Origin: Octopus vulgaris
Lineage: Eukaryota
Direction of reading: 5' to 3'
NCBI GenBank assembly: GCA_951406725.2
Contig: OX597841.1
Span: 12,028,001-12,092,000 of the forward strand
Length of the DNA: 64,000 bases
Shown piece by piece: positions 56,142 through 64,000 of the stretch. The position numbers and the translations under genes were made by a program. Positions within the stretch are counted from its first letter, which is position 1. Each line of letters begins with the position of its first letter. The notes under the pieces were generated by a model. That model was not told the DNA's origin and did no database searches. It worked only from the letters and a program-made list of their open reading frames with translations.

Positions 56142-57201
56142 AAACATACAATTTATTCAGAATGTAAAGGGGCATTGGGTGCTTTCCACTCGCAGTTAGA
56201 ATATCAGCTCCCTCCACTCCAGTATGAGAATTTCTTTCATCCACTTGTGAAATTAATACATTGTCGACATATGGGAAAAATATGAGCAACATCTGAAGTC
56301 ACTAAAGGTGCAATAAATTGAACTTGTTTTGATTTAGTAGTTAGTGATCTCAAATGTATGCATCTTACAAATGGTCAAAGTGTTTGTTGTATTTGTAAGT
56401 GTCGCACACACACAAACAAATAGAAACACTCAGTCGCTCACACACTCGCGCACACAGAAATAAAAACACTCTCACACACACACACAAACACTGAAATGAA
56501 AATACCGGCACTCACATAAATAAAAACAGTCCCACACATGCAAGGAGCCCCAATAGGTATATCAAAAAAGTTTCTAGTATCTTTCTTAGCCCATAATTTA
56601 TGATAATTGAAGTTCTTACAATAAATAAATACCTACTAATTCAGTACATCGAACATTACGTCCCCATAACTTATCGGATCTGCAAAAGAGACCTATACGT
56701 TAAGTAATAGGCATACAAAGAATAATTCCTGTGGTTGATTTGCTTGACTAAAGGCGGTGCTCCACCATGGTCACAGTGAAATAACTGAAAGTCTATATTA
56801 CGAGAACTACATACTTAAGGGAGACAACTACAAAGTATCTTCTACAGTTACTTCCCTTGAATATTATATTTTAACAATAATAAAATAATATGCAAGAGAA
56901 GTTAACTCTCGGAAGGGAGACAACTAGATAACATCTTCCAGAGTTACTTTCCTTACATATAATTATATTACTTTGATTAAATTATAATGTACAGAGAGAA
57001 ATAACTCTCGAAAATATTATTCAGACATGACACACTTTTACGATTTTTTGGAGTTTAACTGCTCTCTCTAGTGAGTCGGATGTCCATTATTGCCATCCAT
57101 TATATATTTAAATATCTATATGTATATACATATATCTGTCAATATATACCTATGTCTCTCTCTCTTTCTCTCTCTCTCTCTATATATATATATATGTATA
57201 T

Positions 57202-57247
<46 letters not shown>

Positions 57248-58018
57248 CTATCTATTATACGACGGGCTACTTTCTGTTTCCGTGTACCAAATCTACTCAG
57301 AAATGTTTGGTCTGTCCGAGGCTATATTGGAAGACACTTGCCCATGGGGCCACGTAGTTGGACTGAACCAGAATCACCGTGTTTGGAAAGAAGCTACAAG
57401 CTACATACCACAGCCACTCATACTGCTATATATATATATATATATATATATATACGACAGTATATTCTTTATATTTCCGTCTCTCAAATCCACTCACAAG
57501 GCTTTGGTCGGCCCGAGACTATAGTAGAAGACATTTGCCCAACATGCCACCCAGTGGGACTGAACTCATGCACCCAGTGGGAAACATTTGTTAGGTAAGC
57601 AAGCTAATTCCCATTCAGACACTACTGTTTGTTAACCGGACAAGTTCAAGGTGATCCCTAATTGTTTGTATGCAAATGAGTTCATTAATGTGGTCCGGAA
57701 CATTTCACGGGGTTCCCATAAGACAATGCAACCACCTTGCGTATAGGTGGACTGTGCTCACACACGCACAAACACCCACACGTCCGCACTCACGAATATA
57801 GATACATGCAAAGACGCAATCTCGTACCTATTTATGTTTTAAATATGTTGACCTTAAAACTGCGACATTCTGGAAACACACGTCAACACCCATGCACATA
57901 GAGACATGCATGTACGCAAACTCGTAGCTATTTATGTTTTAAACATGTTGACCTTTAAACCGTGACATTCTGTGTCTGTTTGTGCGTGCATTTCTGTGAG
58001 AATGATTGCTCACGAACC

Positions 58019-58113
58019 GTAAATTTTGGAGTCAATCCGATGGGATGTAGTGGTCTTTAAACCATTCCAGACAAACAAACAAACGAACAAACTTTTCGCA
58101 TTTCAGTTTTATA

Positions 58114-58158
<45 letters not shown>

Positions 58159-58357
58159 TGCTAGGCGTAGGAGTGGCTTTGTGATAAGTAGCTTGCTTAC
58201 GAACCACTGTGTTCTGGTTTAGTCCCACTGCGTGGAACCTTGGACAAGTGTCTTCAACTATAGCCTCGGGGTGACCAAAGCCTTGTGAATAGATTTCGTA
58301 GACGGAAACTAAATGAAGCCCATCGTGTGTGTATACATATATATATATATATATATA

Positions 58358-58402
<45 letters not shown>

Positions 58403-61400
58403 CATATACGTTTGTATGCCTCTTTATCCATCGAACATCGCTTGACAAACGATGCTGCTGTTTTCACGCACCCGTAACTGAACGGTTCAGCAAAAGAGAA
58501 TAGGTCCTGGGCTCTATTTGTTTGACTGAAGGCGGTGCTCCAACATGGCCGCAGTCAAATAACTGAAAGTAGCAAAAGTGAGTGAAAGAGTAATTAGCGA
58601 AAACAGTGTATATTCTGTTGTGTCTGGGGATAGTCTTTCTCTTTTAGTGCCTTATTATTAAATACACACTCACCAGTAAAAATTCAAGGAGTGATATTAG
58701 TAGAGGCCAGAGCCCATGGAGAACTAGCCCTTAGATTTAGAAAAGCTCTGAAAGAGACCAAACTCAACATTAAAATTGTTGAAAAGCCAAGGAACTCCAT
58801 CAGGTCACAATTATGAAGGACATGCCCGTTTAAGAATACCATATGCACAATTGATAACTGCATGGCATGTAGAATTAGCCCTGGTATTAACTGTAGAACT
58901 CGAAATGTAGTTTACAATATAAGATGCATAGAAGGTGCTTGTAAGGACATGAACATGATGTACATAGAGGAGACGTCTAAGAGCATTGCGGAACGGATAA
59001 ATGAACATTTAAGACAACTTGACGACAGAAAACAGTCTTCTATACTCTACCAACATGCCAAAGACCACCATGGAGATAACTTGGTCAACCTGACATCCGC
59101 ATCTTATCCAAGCACCCAGCCCTCATCCCTGCTTTTCAATGCTAAACCCGATATAAAACAGTCATCAACACTATAAATAAACCTGTTCAATCTCTACCCT
59201 CCTCATCACCCCAAATCCCAACCCCTAGTTCAAACTTTGATCTCTTACTTGACTATTCTCTCTAAAAACCCTTCACAAATCCTCAAGCTGACCCTAATAT
59301 AGACTAAACTCTGAAAACCAATCCTAACAGTAAACCCACACCAAAATAAGAAAGACCACTTACCTTTGGCCATTTGGGATCTATAATACAAGGCATGATA
59401 TGCAAACAACAAGCAAAATATCAACCAACATTTGAAAGTCAAGTTTTATCTGTGTCGAATCATGATATACACTTGTTTAATAAATACAGTTGTCCTTACA
59501 TTTACACAGTACATTGCTTCCACAAGTCATCAAACTAATCATTCTGATGCGAAATCAATTGTTTTTATTTATAAATAGAAACAAATTAATTATTGAAATT
59601 AATATAAGAAATACAATTAACGTGTATGTGTGTCATCATCATTTAACATTCGTTTTTCATGTTGTCATGGGTTGGACTATTTCACACTATCTGAGATGAA
59701 TTACTACACGTACATCTAATGTCTGTTTTCACATGGTTTCTATGTCTGAGAAAAGTTTTGGTAACACTGACACTAGTAAAATTAAAAAGTAAATTTCAAG
59801 GATGAGTGGACTGCTAGTAGTGAGAGAGGTGGCTTCATCCTAACCTGTAGTATGATAGAGAGACAGGCAGAGGTGTGTCGCTGAAGAGAAACTACATGGC
59901 CACCCTGCATATATGTATGTATATAGGTAGACATCGATTAGAGCGCTTTCTCATTGCTAATATGTTAACATATGCTTGATGTGTGCTTTAAAAATAAAGT
60001 GCTTGCACTGGCACTAATTTCTTCAGATGATGAAAATCACGGAGAGGATCATAGCCCAACTAGTTAGAAAAAGACTTAATCTAGATGAGATGCAATTTGG
60101 TTTTGTATCAGGAAGAAACACCAGTCATGATATATTTCTGGTAAGAAACCCCAGGAGAAGTACCTGACCAAGTATAAACCTATGTACTTGACTTTTGTTG
60201 GTATCATAATCATTCAGGTAATAACAGATAAATATAAAACAGGCAGACCCTAGCAACTCCTCTATGCTGATTACAGGATTACAACTAAACACACATATAT
60301 TACAATTTATTACATTACATTCAATTCGCCATATATTATTCATTTTATAATCCATCATCTTTCCCTTCACATTTCAGGTATACTGAAGACCCTTTACTCA
60401 TTGCTTCAGACTGCGTAAAATATTGGTGAAAGCAAACAGTTGTCAGACTTATTTATGACAAAAAGCGAGTCAGTATGACCAACGTACCCTGTCCTGCACC
60501 TGATTGTGCCATGAGTTGGCCTGTAAACAATCCATGGGAGAGAGTACTGACAAGCCTCATCGATCATCTGCAACAATGACACAGAATGTATGCACCTGCC
60601 ACCTACAACAAATACAACCCCCTCCTCCAACTACACTACCATTCCCAGCCACTGAGGAAAAACGTTTTCGCCTGAGGAAGTAGCTGCTACAATACTACAG
60701 CTCCAGCACATTCAACGTCTGCAACCATTGGCAATTCTCCAAGATGTCTGACCAACCGATCCGCTTAATGCTAAACCAGTCGCCCACCATACCCCCATAC
60801 CAGTCCTGGTTCATTGGCAAGAGGAAGTAAAAGCAGGTCTCGACCGGAATGTTCCACTTGGAGTTATCAAGCCTATTCCCATTGGTACATCTGTCACTTG
60901 GTGACAGACAATGGTGGTATGTCCTAACAGGTCTGGAAAACCATCTTAAAGGAGCATCGAATGGCGCACAGGCACTTAACACTGCCCTATCAGCTATGAG
61001 CTGACATTGTACCTTCTTCCACAATTGGGGAGAATCACCGCCATTGCATTTCCCCATGACAACTGCCGCGCCAAAGTCGGTATTGAGACAATAAAGGGCC
61101 TCGTTACAGACAACACTGACACCAATGGCTTCCTTAACACTGACAGTTTCCAGTGCACAATGCTACAATAAAGAAATACACCTGACTGGGACACACACTT
61201 GTCCCCAGCCATGTGCATCTTTGGCAGCCCTATACAATACTTTATTCCCATCCATCCCGGCAAGTACAAGCTACATTCCACATGGCATGAAACTATGACT
61301 TATTGAAAAGAAGACCTGCGTAAACACAACATGAGTGCTACTGAACGGTTGTCAAAACACACATGCTCACTTCTTTCGAACTATGTCCTAATCCAGAGCC

Positions 61401-64000
61401 AAGTTTGACCCAATCCTACAAATGGGGGGGAAAACTGGTGCCATTTAGATGTACGTCATTTCGATCCGTACATGTTGAGAGTGGATGGATCAGGCCAAGT
61501 CACACTGTGCAACAAAATTCCTCTGGAAGTATCTACTGCTTCTTCCCCATGGCCCACTGCTCATGGTGTCTGGACCACATGCGTTCCCTACGCCAACACC
61601 AGTGATGAGACTACCTTCTCAACCGACTTTAACAGCACCTCATGCAGCTGCAACACCAATGCCCACTTCCCGATTCCAAAATTACCATGACCAGAAAAGC
61701 ATCTCACCGCCTACCCACAGAGCCACGCCAACTTACCCCACCTTTACCACAAGTGGTCATACCCCAACACCCCTTGAAACCCCTGCTTTCCAAAAGTGAC
61801 CCTTGCCTGATGCAGTTTATCCTCCATCCAGCAATTGTCCTGTTTGTCGCTCTGCCAGACTCGCAAAGACTGACACAAAAGCCTGATGCACAACTGACAC
61901 GTTGCTCCTTGATCGTCACACCGTCAATATTGATTAAGGGTCTCTTGCACTAATTATTATTTTCGTTAATCATTTAATACATATTATTAGTCTTCTTTGC
62001 TTCTCTCAAAGGAATTGGGGAGGGCATAGAGGATGACAACTGAACACTCATATATTATCATTTATTACATTACATTCAATTAGCCATACATTATTAGTTT
62101 CATTATCCAAATATTTTCCTTCACGTTTCATGTATACCGAGGACCTTCTTTTTCATTGCTTCAATCAGTGTACATAAAGTGTTTGTGAAAGCAAAGAGTT
62201 TTCACACTTATTTACTAATGAGCTTCTTCTTATAGCTAAATCACTACCAGAACTAGAGAACAAATTGTGCGTACGGAAGCAAGGTCTAGAATTGAAAGGT
62301 CACAGAATTAACCTACCCAACCCTAACACAAAGTCTTAGTAAGTAGGAAAACAGATAAATCGTAAAGCCCTTCAGGTACATGGCCATCCTCAATATGAAG
62401 GAAACAGGTAGGTAGATGTACTCTGTATAAAACATAATAGGTGTAGCAATATCAGAGGAAGGTAAACTGGGAAAATATTTTTTGCATGTGGAAGGTGCAC
62501 ATGTACAGTAAACACTAAAAGTGTACAGAAAATGGGCTTCATCAAATACCAGAGGAGTACGATAAAGATTGTTGAGCAACAAAGTCAGTAGCAGAGGTGG
62601 ATGAACCAAGAGTGAGGCTGCAAGAATAAAAATAGGCTGAGCAAATTCAGAGAGCTCCTTCCTCTGTTTAGTAACTAAGGGTCTCTCCTTCAGAGTGAAA
62701 GCCAGATTTATTATACCTGTGCAGACAACTATGCTACATGGCAGAAGAAGTAGACATAAGAAGGCATTGGACAAGGTGGTAATGCATGATCTTTGACTGT
62801 TGGAACTTATAAAGGCAATGACTAATGACTGACACCTTTCATGACATGCCGTGCCTTAGAAGACAATATATTGTAATTAATTTCCCATCAATTAATTTTT
62901 TCACAACCCCTGCCCACAACACTCATGGAGTGCTTGATGTTAAGAAGGGCATCCAGCCATAGAAACAATGACAAATCAAGACTGGAGTCTGCTGCAGACC
63001 CTCAGCTTACAGCCCTGATGAAACTGTCCAACCCAAGCCAGCATAGAAAATGGACATTAAATGATGATGATGATGATGAGGACAATTCTTTTTGTAAAAC
63101 TTTTGCATTTGATGCTGAACATCTAGTTTAAAGTTAATTTTATACATTGAATTTTCATTTCCAGTGAAATCAATTTTAATATTTCAAATTCAAAAATATT
63201 TAACAAAATATAATGAGAAACTGAAGCAAGTACTACTTCTATATTTGTAAAAACAAAAAGAAACAAATAGAGGAAAATGAGCAAAATTGTGCAAAAGTGA
63301 ACTAAGAAACAGAATACTGTGTAAGGCAAGAGACAACTGTATTTTATGAAAGTACCATATTGCATAAACACAAAAAAAAGAAACTATTGCAGAGGGAATT
63401 AAACTGAAACAGATATCAACATGATACACACAACCCATGCTAGTATGGATAAAATGATTAGATATTTCTGTCGAGAGAAAATTCAGTGACAATCTTATGC
63501 AACCAACAATAACCTCAAACTTATCAGATTATTGTAGATGAGCAACAACTCAAGAAAACCTGTCAAAATTCTATGTTCTTACAATGAATTAATTGCAAGT
63601 ATTTAAGTATGTAGACAACATAATTTCATGTTTTATATGCATCAATACATGTGTAAAAATAAGTCTCATATCTACGTTCATTTTTCCATCCTAGCATGAG
63701 TTTGAAAAATATAAGATTTAATAGTTGGGTAACGTTGTCGTAGCTAATGCTAATTTTCTACTAAAGGTTTTCTTTTTTCTTTCAAAGTGCAGTTGTAACA
63801 AATGATACATTTGTACACAAACATGACAAAAGTAAATAGATACCCATTAACACATTGTTATTATAACTTGAAGAGGTTTATATTTTTTTTATTAATTGAC
63901 ATTTATATGTTTCAGGTTCTATATGTAACTGTTTAATCATGCCATGTACAAAAGAAGCCTTAAAAATGTCCAATTTACAAAGAGGCCATATGCTGCACCT
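58019..64000 (+). repeat. Segmental duplication, copy 2 (runs off the window end)
   Basis: Near identical to 13955-19939, including the SINE, GIY-YIG, RTE, Gypsy and Tc1 5' end. Confidence 0.95.

Overview
AT-rich, repeat-saturated animal genomic DNA. It is most likely cephalopod (Octopus-type tRNA-derived SINEs, RTE and CR1-group LINEs, very long TA tracts); the taxon is inferred, not proven. There is no intact host protein-coding gene, and nearly all long ORFs in the track are microsatellite read-through or transposon remnants. Contents: (i) two mosaic blocks (about 1-14 kb and 42.9-58 kb) built from shuffled copies of the same composite modules; (ii) a near-identical segmental duplication of at least 6 kb (about 13955-19939 = 58019-64000) carrying a Penelope GIY-YIG fragment, an RTE split by a Gypsy element, and the start of a Tc1; (iii) a short unique region (22.1-23.9 kb) with two candidate minus-strand exons; (iv) a local tandem duplication with a DNA-copied LINE fragment at its junction; (v) nested RTE/CR1 LINEs, Helitrons and minisatellites. 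The most notable signals are a minimal type-I hammerhead ribozyme fold with a swapped G3-C8 core inside a 120-bp inverted repeat (41.5 kb), a complete PHD finger inside an RTE reverse transcriptase, and a shared 3' stem-loop motif linking the SINE to two LINE families.
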